Assembly: GCA_034520965.1 (NCBI GenBank)
Contig: JAXHMY010000003.1
Span: 320,001-384,000 of the forward strand
Direction: 5' to 3'
Length of the DNA stretch: 64,000 nucleotides
Source: Spirochaetia bacterium
Lineage (GTDB): Bacteria > Spirochaetota > Spirochaetia > DSM-16054 > Sediminispirochaetaceae
In this document: one piece after another, positions 54,536-64,000 of the stretch
Position numbering within the stretch: position 1 is the first letter of the stretch
Layout of the letters: every line of letters begins with the position of its first letter
Made by a program: the position numbers and the translations under genes
Notes under the pieces: generated by a model
Databases searched by the model: none
Seen by the model: the letters and a program-made list of their open reading frames with translations, nothing else
Told to the model about the DNA's origin: nothing

Positions 54536-56790
54536 TTAGAATCGATCAAAATCATCATCCTCAAGTGATATCTGATCTTCAGGTTTCACCGGGGTAATCC
54601 CGGTCTCATTCTTAGACTTTTGGCCGCCTTTACCCCATCCGCCGGCAGTATTCTGCTGAGTCTTTCTCCGAGTCTGTTGCTGCTGTCCAAGGTTATTCAG
54701 ATGACTCCCCTGGGTAAGGAGCTTGGCTCCCCCGCCGATGGAGCGCTCATTGAGTTTGAACTGTGCAACCATGCTGCGCAGCTGCTGGGCCTGTCCGGCA
54801 AGCTCTTCGGAGGCTGAGGCACTCTCCTCTGCACTGGCGGTACTCGCCTGGGTGGCCTGGTCTATCTGATCGAGCCCCTCGGTTATCTGCTCAATTGCCT
54901 GGGCCTGCTCACGGCTGGCCTGGGCTATCTCCTCTAGGAAGTTTGCCACCTTTCCCGAACCTTCAACAATGGATGTGAGCTGTTTGCCCGTCGCTTCGGC
55001 GGCCTCGGTACCCTGCTTAATGTTGGTCACCGTCTCGGTTACCATCTGGGTGGTCTCTTTTACCGAGTCGGTACTCTTTACCGCGAGGTTCCGCACCTCG
55101 TCCGCCACTACCGCGAAGCCCTTGCCGTACTTCCCGGCCCGGGCAGCTTCCACATTTGCGTTGAGCGCCAGAAGATTGATCTGGAAGGCGATGTCGTCTA
55201 TAACCTTTACCACCTTGTTTATTTCATCTGAGGAGGCGTTTATCTTCTCCATTACTTCGGCAAGCTGCTGCATCTGCCTGTTTCCCGCCTCCGCGTCCTC
55301 GGTGGCTTTTTTGGCTATTCCGTGGGCCTCGGTGGCGTTTTCGGCGTTCTGCTTGCTACTGGCTGTTTATCTCGTTGGCAGAGCTGGTTATCTCCTCGAG
55401 GCTGCTCGCCTGTTCGGTTGCCCCCTGGCTCAGGTTCTGGCTGGCCTGGCTCACCTGATCGGCTCCGCTGTTTACCTGCTCAACCGAACTGTTCACCTGG
55501 CCGAGGAGCTCGTTAAGAGATTCTACCATTGCGCGCAGGGAGTAGCCAAGTTTATCCTTGTCCGAGGCGGGTTCCACCTCTACGGTAAGATCCTTCTGTG
55601 CTATCCGTGTTACCATCTGCTCCTTGTACTGCAGGCTTTTGAGCATAAATCGCAAGGCATCGGCAAGCTTGCCCACCTCGTCTTTCTGCTCTACATCCAG
55701 ATGCGATATCGAGATTGCCCGAAGAGACATCCTCGGCAAATCGCACTCCCTTCGCCAGCGGTGCGGTAATACCCCGGGTCAAAATGACTCCCAGAATAAG
55801 GGCCAGGACAACTCCTAAAATCATCCCGATTAATGCTATCAATTCCACCTGCGCCCCATCTGCATCGGCAGTTGCTACGCTCTCTTTGGCTATATTCTCA
55901 TTTATATGAATAATCTCATCGAGGACAGCCATAGCCTCGTAGGCTTTATCTGTTAGGGGGCCAACCACGAGCTCGATCATCTCATTACGCCGGGCATTCG
56001 CTTTATCTGCAATCCCGAGAATGTTTTTAAAACCTTCGAAGACCTCATCCGAGGCAGTCAGCATCTCATTTTCAAAAATACCTATGGCCGCCTCGATGTT
56101 CCCCGCCCGGTACTCATCCCGTATATCATTCACGGCGTAGTGGAAGCGGTCGTGGGGCTCCTGTATCTCTTCAAGAAGTCCGTCCAGTTCCGAATTGCGG
56201 GTGGAAAAGTCCCGGAGCCATCGGCCAAAGTTACAGGCAGTGGGATCCCCCCCGCCTTCGAACTCTCTGTCGCTAAGCAGAAGCTGCGCCACATTAAGCT
56301 CCAGGGCATAGTGGTCCTTCTGAAACCGCTCGATCAAGGCGACCAGGCCGGTAGGACTCAAAATGTTGAAGGCCTCGAACTCTTTGTTGAGCTGCAGCCA
56401 TCTATCGTTCTCCTTGGCCCAGTCACCGATCTCCTCTTCAAACTGACTGCTCAGCTGTTCCTCTTCGGCGGTGGCGGGGAGGGTAAGGAAGTACTCCCAT
56501 ACTTCGTGGTACTCAGCCCGAGACTGGTGAAAATCCTCCAAATAATCTGCCCGTGCGTCGGCATCGATCTTTCCGGACAAAAGCGTCCGCTGGACGACCA
56601 TCAACTCCTCCAGGGCAATTTCAGCTTCCAGCAGACTCTCTATACTCGGCAGGCGTACATCTCCGATCTCATGCAGATGTCCCTGCAGCTGGCGCGACCC
56701 GTTCCAGCCGAAAAACCCGACTGTCAGCACGATTAGCGCGACAATGGAAAATCCACCGATCAGCTTTACTCCAATTTTAATGTTCTTCAT
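54536..56790 (-). CDS. Methyl-accepting chemotaxis protein (4HB sensor with CZB insert, HAMP, MA domain); split by two +1 indels near 55705 and 55358
   Basis: Three overlapping ORFs; [32 protein letters not shown]-terminal DFDRF pentapeptide. Confidence 0.88.
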
Positions 56791-57294
56791 TCCTTTTTCC
56801 TCCTGATATCTTTGTCTTCACTATTGTAAAGCCGTATAATCTCTTCTACGACTCTTTCATACTCTTCAGTTTTGTCGAAAAATAGATCGGATCCCAGCTC
56901 CAGACTCTTCTCCCTCACCCTCTTACTCAGCAGAGGTAAGAATCGCGGTGAGGTCTTCTTCGATTTTATCAACAAGGCGCATTCTTTCGGGATCTTGAAT
57001 ATCGGTCTGGGCAGTCACTACAAAAGAGCTCGTCTCCTCATAATACTCATTAACCTCTTCAACATCTGTCTCTTCACCTCGAATGAGAAAATCCTTCACA
57101 TTCATCCGAACCATCAGCATATTCTCTTGAAGCTCATTCATCATGTTGGAATCAACCGCCCATTTCTTGTACTGAACAAAGTCTTCTGATGCCCGGTTGA
57201 AAAAAAATACTGCAACGCCGCTTACAAGCAGTAAAAGCATAATCAGTAACAAAAAACCGCTTGTAATATTAGTACGCATTTTCATTTGAGCCAT
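56787..57294 (-). pseudogene. Truncated chemoreceptor N-terminus (TM plus helical sensor)
   Basis: Signal/TM then LQENMLMVRMNVKDF; ends without TM2, HAMP or MA domain. Confidence 0.55.
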
Positions 57295-57308
57295 ATTTCT
57301 CTACTTAT

Positions 57309-57683
57309 TTATGTTTTTTTCTTTGTACTTTTCATACTGCCAAGCAGTGTAATAACCTTATTAAACTCAGTCGACTTATCGAAAAAATGCTGAGCCCCTA
57401 GCTCAAGAGACTTTTTTTTGTAGTATTCCGTTGCATAGTTTGTGAGCACAATTACCTCTACTTCGATATTCTGTTCTTTAATATAAGAAAGGACATCCAG
57501 TCCCGAGCCTCCCGGCATATGGAGGTCGAGTATTACCACATCCGGCAGGCTATGCCTTATGTGCTCGATGGCATGGGGTACATCCACAGCCTCGGAAATC
57601 TGTTCTACCCCTTCGATACGGCTTATCAAATTGATCAAGTTTCTTCTTATTAATCGAGAGTCATCGGAAAGTAAAATATGCAT
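57309..57683 (-). CDS. Single-domain response regulator
   Basis: LSDD, ILDLHMP, LTN, FFDK. Confidence 0.9.
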   Translation of the reverse strand: MHILLSDDSRLIRRNLINLISRIEGVEQISEAVDVPHAIEHIRHSLPDVVILDLHMPGGSGLDVLSYIKEQNIEVEVIVLTNYATEYYKKKSLELGAQHFFDKSTEFNKVITLLGSMKSTKKKT

Positions 57684-57780
57684 CCCTTTAGTCCTTCCTC
57701 AGTGAACTACATTAAAGGAGGATGATTGAGTTGTATGTAGTAGATTTTATGATTTTTCTGTAGCAAAAACGCTACAAAGT

Positions 57781-58416
57781 TCAGGAATCGAAAAGTTTAT
57801 ATCTGTATGCATAGTGAATGAGCTCTCCGATTGTGTTGAGGCCGAGTTTTTCCATAATGCGTTGTTTGTAAGTATGGACGGTACTTACCCCAACATGAAG
57901 CGCCTCGGCAATATCTGAGACTCTTTCGCCGTCTGCCAGGTGCAGGAGAACCTGAAATTCCCTGTGTGAGAGTCGATGGTGGGGAAGGTCGGGGTGTGTT
58001 TTCCCGACTTCAGAGGCAAGTTCCTCAGCCAAAGTATCACTGATATATTTACCCCCACTAAAAGCTTTTCGTATCGCCCTCTCCAAGTCTTCCGGCGAAC
58101 TTCCCTTTGTGAGATATCCGCTGGCACCATTCTCAAGAGCTCTTTTTGCAAACCTCTCTTCGGAATGCATACTGAGTATGAGAACACCTATGGTGGGATG
58201 GGAGTTTTTGATATCATTCAGAACTTCGAGTCCATTACGGTCGGGCAGCCCAATGTCGAGAATGATGATATCGCAGGTTACACTCTCGCAAATGCTCAAG
58301 AGTTCTCCGGCAGTTTCAGCTTCCGCTACATACTCCATGTCCTCTATCCGATCGATATACTGCCTAAACCCTCTTCTAATCAAGTGATGATCATCGGCTA
58401 TGACAATTCGTATCAC
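57781..58416 (-). CDS. NarL/LuxR-family response regulator
   Basis: ADDH, ILDI.LP, LSMH, LSHREFQVL HTH, STVHTY. Confidence 0.93.
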   Translation of the reverse strand: MIRIVIADDHHLIRRGFRQYIDRIEDMEYVAEAETAGELLSICESVTCDIIILDIGLPDRNGLEVLNDIKNSHPTIGVLILSMHSEERFAKRALENGASGYLTKGSSPEDLERAIRKAFSGGKYISDTLAEELASEVGKTHPDLPHHRLSHREFQVLLHLADGERVSDIAEALHVGVSTVHTYKQRIMEKLGLNTIGELIHYAYRYKLFDS

Positions 58417-58420
58417 TTAC

Positions 58421-59494
58421 TCAATCTCCATTGGATATCGGCATGTGCATATAGACCTCGGTACCGTGCCCAGGCGTGCTTTGTATATTTACGTCTCCGC
58501 CGAATTGCATTGCACGCTCCTTCATCCCCAATAGTCCGAATGAATCCCTCATGCATTTGCCCTCCGGATCAAAACCACGACCGTTGTCACGTACCCGCAC
58601 TTTGATATTTTTTTTATCCAAGGAACTTATTACCTCCACTTCAGAAGCTTCTGCATACCTGGCACAATTCGTGAGAGATTCCTGCACTATGCGATATATT
58701 GCCAGCGCCTTATTCTTCTCAATTTCACAATCCTTATTCGGTTTCGTAAAACGTATCGGAAGAGCCATTCTTCTTTTGATCTCACTCACTTGCAATTCTA
58801 AAGCCTCTATTATTCCCGAAGAGTCGAGTACGGAGGGTTTTAACTGCCACGAAAGTTCTCTTGTCTTCTGTATTGTTTCGCCTATGGTATTTTTCATCTC
58901 AGAGATTATTGCTTTTATACTTTCACAGCCATGTAGATCTTTGTGATTACTCATGTCACTTTCGATCACCGCAAGACTCATCTGCAGGGAGGTAAGAGAC
59001 TGTCCTAACTCATCGTGTATTTCTTTAGCTATAAAGGCGTTTTGCTCTTCCCGTATGGTATGGCTGTGCTGTAATAGCTCTCTGTATTTGTTCTCACTGT
59101 TGATGTGAGCCTTTGTGCGTTCAAATAGTTTTAATGCCATTTCCACAGTAGCGAGGATAAACTGTTCATTGCCGGGTACTTTCTGTATATACCCGTACTT
59201 AGTCATATCTCGAGTGGTGTCGAGGGTGGCTTTATCGGTGTATGCTGAATGAAGGACTACCGGAATATCATACCTTTCATAAATCTTCTTCGTTACCTCG
59301 GGTCCCTTCATTCGACCTTTTCCGAGGTTGATGTCCATGAGTATCACATCAGGAATAACACCTTCGGCTAATCTATCCAAACAGGGTTCCCCATGGGGAA
59401 AGATCTCCACAGAGTACCTGTTCTTTTCGAGAAACCTTTTTAACTGCTCACTGAGGATCATCTCATCTTCTACTATGAATAACTTTTTGCGCAT
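58421..59494 (-). CDS. REC-HisKA_3-HATPase sensor kinase
   Basis: VEDE, MDI, IAKEIHDELGQ, QESLTN, DNGRGF, GLLGMKER. Confidence 0.92.
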   Translation of the reverse strand: MRKKLFIVEDEMILSEQLKRFLEKNRYSVEIFPHGEPCLDRLAEGVIPDVILMDINLGKGRMKGPEVTKKIYERYDIPVVLHSAYTDKATLDTTRDMTKYGYIQKVPGNEQFILATVEMALKLFERTKAHINSENKYRELLQHSHTIREEQNAFIAKEIHDELGQSLTSLQMSLAVIESDMSNHKDLHGCESIKAIISEMKNTIGETIQKTRELSWQLKPSVLDSSGIIEALELQVSEIKRRMALPIRFTKPNKDCEIEKNKALAIYRIVQESLTNCARYAEASEVEVISSLDKKNIKVRVRDNGRGFDPEGKCMRDSFGLLGMKERAMQFGGDVNIQSTPGHGTEVYMHMPISNGD

Positions 59495-59737
59495 ATCTAA
59501 TTATCAACCTAAAAATGATTATTTTCACTACTATTATCGTCTTGTATCTATTGGTTTTTTAATAATAAAAAAATTTCGAAAAAACATAATTGCCCATAAA
59601 TTGAAGGCACTAATAGCAGGCTGTCTGGTTTAAGGAATTAGAGCAATTTGTTAAATTAATTTGACATAGGTGGTTATTAAAATTATTTTATAAACACAGT
59701 CTATTCTCCAAAGCTAAAATATAAAAGACGGGGACCA

Positions 59738-60373
59738 ATGATTAGAGAAAAACACTATTCCACCTACCTTCAGGCCCTGCTAAGTGGAGACCAAAAACGG
59801 TGCACAGAGATAGTGTCACAACTCTTGGATGAAAAAGTTGATATTAAGATGCTCTACAACCAATTGTTTCAACGAAGCCTTTATGAGACCGGTGAATTAT
59901 GGGAGATGAACAAGATTTCTGTTGCTACAGAACATCTTGCTACATCAATCACAGAAAGTCTGCTTACACTTGTATATCCTATTATTTTTTCAAAGCCCCA
60001 CAATGAACGTACTGCAATCGTTAGCTGCGTGGCGAATGAGTTCCATCAAATTGGTGGTAAGATAGTTGCTGATTTCCTAGAGTTGAATGGCTGGCACGCA
60101 CATTTTCTTGGAGCTAATACACCTGTTAAGGATTTAGTTGAGTTTATAGACAAAAAGGAACCGGATCTTGTAGCGTTATCTTTATCTTTGTATTTTAATT
60201 TGCCCAAATTGCATAAGACAATTGAGGTTATTAGAGCACATAACCAAAAATTGCCTATTCTTGTTGGTGGTCAAGCTTTTCGGTGGGGAGGTCAAGAACT
60301 TCAATATGGTTATGAAGGGGTTAGACTCCTTACCTCCCTTGATGAGTTAGAATCAGTCATGAAAACTTACTAA
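59738..60373 (+). CDS. Stand-alone cobalamin-binding protein with CarH-type motifs
   Basis: Helical cap WEMNKISVATEH (W-x9-EH), EFHQIG (ExHxxG), LGANTP, LS.S, VGG; no DNA-binding domain. Confidence 0.9.
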   Translation: MIREKHYSTYLQALLSGDQKRCTEIVSQLLDEKVDIKMLYNQLFQRSLYETGELWEMNKISVATEHLATSITESLLTLVYPIIFSKPHNERTAIVSCVANEFHQIGGKIVADFLELNGWHAHFLGANTPVKDLVEFIDKKEPDLVALSLSLYFNLPKLHKTIEVIRAHNQKLPILVGGQAFRWGGQELQYGYEGVRLLTSLDELESVMKTY

Positions 60374-60374
60374 G

Positions 60375-61481
60375 ATGAATTTGAAACTTATAGAGCACAT
60401 AAGAACCAATGCTCCCATATTATATATTGAACTAGACTCTAAAGGCTATATTGATATGGTCAATGAGTTCACTACACAACTAGTAGGGAAAAATCCATCA
60501 GGCTTACATTACCGTGAAGTTATTATAGATTTTACAGAATCGATTGATATACAAGCGCTTTCACAAAAACCGGAAAACTCTCACCGTATCAGCATTTCAA
60601 ATTCTTCTAATCTTCCTATAGACTTTCAGTGTGCGTTTCTATTTATGAACGATCGATATCTCATAATTGGTTCGACCGATTATCAGGAGTTTGCTATCGT
60701 TCAGAAGGAGATATTAAATCTTAATCAACAACTCAGCAATACAACCCGTGAACTCCATAAAAGCAATGCAGAGCTCTCTCGCTTAAATAAAATGAAGAAC
60801 GAGTTTCTTGGGATGGCCACCCATGATCTTCGGAGTCCATTAGGTTTAATAATGACTTTCAGTGAGTTCCTGATTGATGAAACAGGAGAAAATCTATCGG
60901 AGGAACACAACTATTATCTACAAAAAATACACTCTTCTTGTTATTATATGAGACAAATAGTTGACGACTACCTTGATGTTACTAAAATAGAATCAGGTAA
61001 TATCGACCTAAACATACAGTTCACTAACATTCCAAAAATTATCGAGCAAGTGATCAGTGTTGCCGAAATTCAGGCTAAAAAAAAGAGTATAGAACTTATA
61101 GTGAAGCAGGATGCGGATATACCACAAATAGAACTCGATCCTGAAAAGATTGAACAAGTTTTGAGGAATATCATAACAAATGCCGTCGACCATTCTAATG
61201 AGCACAGTAGTGTATTCCTTCGAACTAAACTTGTTGATAACTCAATTCATATAGAGATCGAAGATCATGGTGTAGGAATCCCTAATAAGGATCTACCTAT
61301 TCTTTTCAATCCCTTTGAAAGAAAAACTTCCAGGAAAACTGGAGGAGAAAAAAGTACTGGTTTAGGTTTAGTTATAGCACGGAAGATAATAGATGCGCAC
61401 AAAGGTGAAATAAAAATTGAAAGTAAGGAAGGTGAAGGAACCACCATCAAAATATTATTACCAATTACCAATAAGGAGTAA
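60375..61481 (+). CDS. Cytoplasmic PAS-like/HisKA/HATPase histidine kinase
   Basis: ATHDLRSPL, NIITNAV, DHGVGI, STGLGL; no TM. Confidence 0.92.
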   Translation: MNLKLIEHIRTNAPILYIELDSKGYIDMVNEFTTQLVGKNPSGLHYREVIIDFTESIDIQALSQKPENSHRISISNSSNLPIDFQCAFLFMNDRYLIIGSTDYQEFAIVQKEILNLNQQLSNTTRELHKSNAELSRLNKMKNEFLGMATHDLRSPLGLIMTFSEFLIDETGENLSEEHNYYLQKIHSSCYYMRQIVDDYLDVTKIESGNIDLNIQFTNIPKIIEQVISVAEIQAKKKSIELIVKQDADIPQIELDPEKIEQVLRNIITNAVDHSNEHSSVFLRTKLVDNSIHIEIEDHGVGIPNKDLPILFNPFERKTSRKTGGEKSTGLGLVIARKIIDAHKGEIKIESKEGEGTTIKILLPITNKE

Positions 61482-61486
61482 AATGT

Positions 61487-61957
61487 ATGACACGAGAAGA
61501 ATTCATACAATCGGCACAGACCTTAGAACAGCCAAGCACCGAGGCCTCCCAAGAATTTGAAGCTGCTGCTGAGCACATTGCCAATGAGCTAAATAAGCAC
61601 ATGACCGCACGTGCTGATCTTGAGAATTTGATTGGAGATATTGCAAATAAAGCTATGCTGGAAGACAATAGCCGTAACTTTTGTAGGTTTATGTCTGCTA
61701 ACTTTCAAAGTTACAAACCTGAGGTTTTTGTCGATACAGTTTTGTGGGTGTTCCGAACTTACCGTTCTCACGGATTCAATATTAGTTTTTGGCCCGCAAA
61801 TGTAGATACTTGTGTGGAAATTATTCGTGAAATTCTTTCAACAGATAGCTTTAATGAGGTATATCCTTTTTATAAATGGATTATTGTAAATATTCCTTCT
61901 TTTACCATCATAAGCGATTCATTCGTTGAACCTTGCAATGAAGATTATTCCGAGTAG
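61487..61957 (+). CDS. Hypothetical all-helical protein, possibly globin-like
   Basis: AAGGAG RBS; DNSRNF..FM...VLWVFRTYRSHGF...W pattern; fold inferred, not computed. Confidence 0.6.
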   Translation: MTREEFIQSAQTLEQPSTEASQEFEAAAEHIANELNKHMTARADLENLIGDIANKAMLEDNSRNFCRFMSANFQSYKPEVFVDTVLWVFRTYRSHGFNISFWPANVDTCVEIIREILSTDSFNEVYPFYKWIIVNIPSFTIISDSFVEPCNEDYSE

Positions 61958-61975
61958 CTCAAAATAGGAAGGTGT

Positions 61976-63400
61976 ATGTCAGCTAAAGATAGACAGGAGA
62001 GTTCAGAGTCTAATGGAAAGCCGCTCATCCTTATTGTGGATGACGATCAAGATATATTGATGATGACCTCTCGTATTTTAAATAAAGCTGGATTTGAAGT
62101 TATTGAAGGATCTTCAGGCGAAGAGTGCTTAAATCTTGCAAGGGAGCATAAACCCGAACTAATACTTCTCGATGTGATGCTGCCTGATATCAATGGTACA
62201 GAGGTATGTCAACGAATAAAAAATGATCGAACTCTCAAGGACTCCTTTTTAATATTACTTTCGGGACAAAGAACCTCCTCAGATGAGCAGGCAGATGGAC
62301 TCACATGTGGTGCAGATGGATATATTGCTCGACCAATTTCACAGCGAGAGCTTATAGCCCGAGTAGAAATAATGCTGCGCTTAAGAAGAGCTCAAATGGA
62401 GACAAAAGCCCATGCAGAAGCTCTTACACTTGAACGGAACAAGTTAACTTCATTATTCGATGGTATTAGCGATATTATCTATGTAGTCGACCCGAATTCA
62501 TATGAGTTACTATACTCTAACCCTGCATTCCGTGAAACCTTTGGGGAGCATCATGAATATGAAAAATGCTACAGAGTACTACATGATCATACCAAACCAT
62601 GCTCATTTTGTGACGTCAATCAGACATTTGGCGATAACTGTTGGAATCATTATTCCTGGGAGTATTTTAATGAAAAAAATAGCCGATGGTATCGCTGTAT
62701 TAATAGATCTATACATTGGCCTAATGGAAATATTGTTTGTTTGCAACAGATGTCTGATATCACTGAACAGAAAAAATTAGAGAACGAGTTAAGACAAACA
62801 GTTAAAGAAAAAGACTTTCTCATGAAAGAACTCAACCACAGGGTAAAAAACAACCTCAATATGGTCTCCTCTCTTATCACTCTGAAGAATGATGAAATCG
62901 AATACGACTTGTCCGATTTGACACACCAAATAAAAGCTATCGGCCTTATCCATGAAAAACTCTACCAAACCGAAAGCCTAACGGAGATTTGTTGCAGGGA
63001 TTACTTCGATGACTTGCTCAATTCCATTTTCTCCTCCTTCACTACACGACGGGTGAGAATTGAAAAAGATATAGAAGATATTTGTGTTTCCACCAAAACA
63101 GCCATGTCCCTCGGGCTCATTATTAATGAGATTGCTACTAATGCGATAAAATATGGTTTCAACGAGAAGGAAGAGGCGGTTTTCTTCGTTATGATGAAAA
63201 AGGACATAGCGAATAGTGAGTACCAGCTCTCCCTTTCAAATACGGGTAATCCTTTCCCGGAAGATATAGATATTAAAAATACCAACACCCTTGGGTTACG
63301 ACTGGTTGATGCTTTGGTTGCACAAATAGACGGTGCTTTAGAACTGCAGAAGAAACCGAATCCAATATTTACTATAAGATTCCCGGATGCAGAGGAATAG
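61976..63400 (+). CDS. REC-PAS-HisKA_2-HATPase kinase
   Basis: IVDDD, LLDVMLP, Cys-rich PAS, ELNHRVKNNL, NEIATNA, LGLRLV. Confidence 0.92.
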   Translation: MSAKDRQESSESNGKPLILIVDDDQDILMMTSRILNKAGFEVIEGSSGEECLNLAREHKPELILLDVMLPDINGTEVCQRIKNDRTLKDSFLILLSGQRTSSDEQADGLTCGADGYIARPISQRELIARVEIMLRLRRAQMETKAHAEALTLERNKLTSLFDGISDIIYVVDPNSYELLYSNPAFRETFGEHHEYEKCYRVLHDHTKPCSFCDVNQTFGDNCWNHYSWEYFNEKNSRWYRCINRSIHWPNGNIVCLQQMSDITEQKKLENELRQTVKEKDFLMKELNHRVKNNLNMVSSLITLKNDEIEYDLSDLTHQIKAIGLIHEKLYQTESLTEICCRDYFDDLLNSIFSSFTTRRVRIEKDIEDICVSTKTAMSLGLIINEIATNAIKYGFNEKEEAVFFVMMKKDIANSEYQLSLSNTGNPFPEDIDIKNTNTLGLRLVDALVAQIDGALELQKKPNPIFTIRFPDAEE

Positions 63401-63679
63401 AGAGCTGTCAGAATAGTCACTATTCTAAATCTGCTAGAGGCTACTGGGCTGTCACTTCTCCCAAGGGAAGAGTCGAACCGATAGCTATCCAGGCATCAGA
63501 GTCCGGTTCCAGTGCTGCACACATCGCTCCGTGAAGCAGGGTAAGCGCTCCGCCCCTAGCCCGCCGGCAAACAGAGGTACATCGACGGCGAATGCAAAGC
63601 CATAGTTTGTCAGAATCTTAACACTTACTCCATATTTACTTGTTACATAGTTATTATGCTTACAATAGGAGGTACTCCA

Positions 63680-63892
63680 ATGAAACAGAGTATAGTTACA
63701 TTGAAATTATTCATGGTACTACTTGGCGTAGGGCTTATCGCCGCCGGCTGTGCAAGCATCCAAAAAACGGCGGAGCCGCAGGTTCGAACCTTCGCTGAAG
63801 GCGAGGTTTACATATCACCGGCTTCTTCACCGGGAGTGCAGGATAGTTTCCAAACCGGAATAATGTTCCCCGCCAGCAGTTCCTTCCAGTAA
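63680..63892 (+). pseudogene. Lipoprotein N-terminus, apparently truncated
   Basis: AGGAGG RBS, lipobox-like IAAGC, YISP...GVQD motif, early stop. Confidence 0.5.
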
Positions 63893-63959
63893 ACCTGCAA
63901 ACTTGCCGATAGATATTTCTGTAGGCTGACAGAAAGTTTTTCTCCCTCGCCTGCCAACG

Positions 63960-64000
63960 AAAAAAGGGTGCCCAACTCCGGTAAGAGTTAACGGGCACCC
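63960..64000 (-). terminator. Minus-strand intrinsic terminator
   Basis: AAAAAAGGGTGCCC...GGGCACCC hairpin at the window edge. Confidence 0.55.

Noticed and set aside
59495..59737. Cobalamin riboswitch upstream of the B12-binding gene
   Set aside because: AT-rich spacer with no B12-box or conserved core; only a possible TTGACA promoter at 59661

Overview
Chromosomal window most consistent with a free-living spirochaete (prmC-rel order, Treponema-type CheY, several spirochaete-type hypothetical genes; taxonomy is inferred, not searched). Positions 1-45.9 kb are mostly core genome: rel, ychF, a divergent membrane pyrophosphatase, hflX, copA-copZ, sbcCD, a partner-switching module, a CBS-kinase/DRTGG/PHP operon, an archaeal-type homocysteine-synthesis trio, rarA, five tRNAs, tig-clpP-clpX-lon, a sigma54-promoter-led sigma-like gene, rdgB and pepF. 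Downstream of tRNA-Leu(GAG) (45872-45956) lies an accessory signalling region. It contains gene debris, an Rpn C-terminal remnant with its own promoter and RBS, an IS21 element (47511-50108, 6-bp TSD) splitting a CHASE-PAS-GAF kinase, MCPs with CheW, two-component genes, and an operon pairing a stand-alone CarH-type B12-binding protein with kinases and a probable globin-like protein. That operon is the best candidate for an undescribed system. Many genes are split by single-base indels that look like sequencing or assembly errors. All calls come from reading motifs by eye; no database searches were run.
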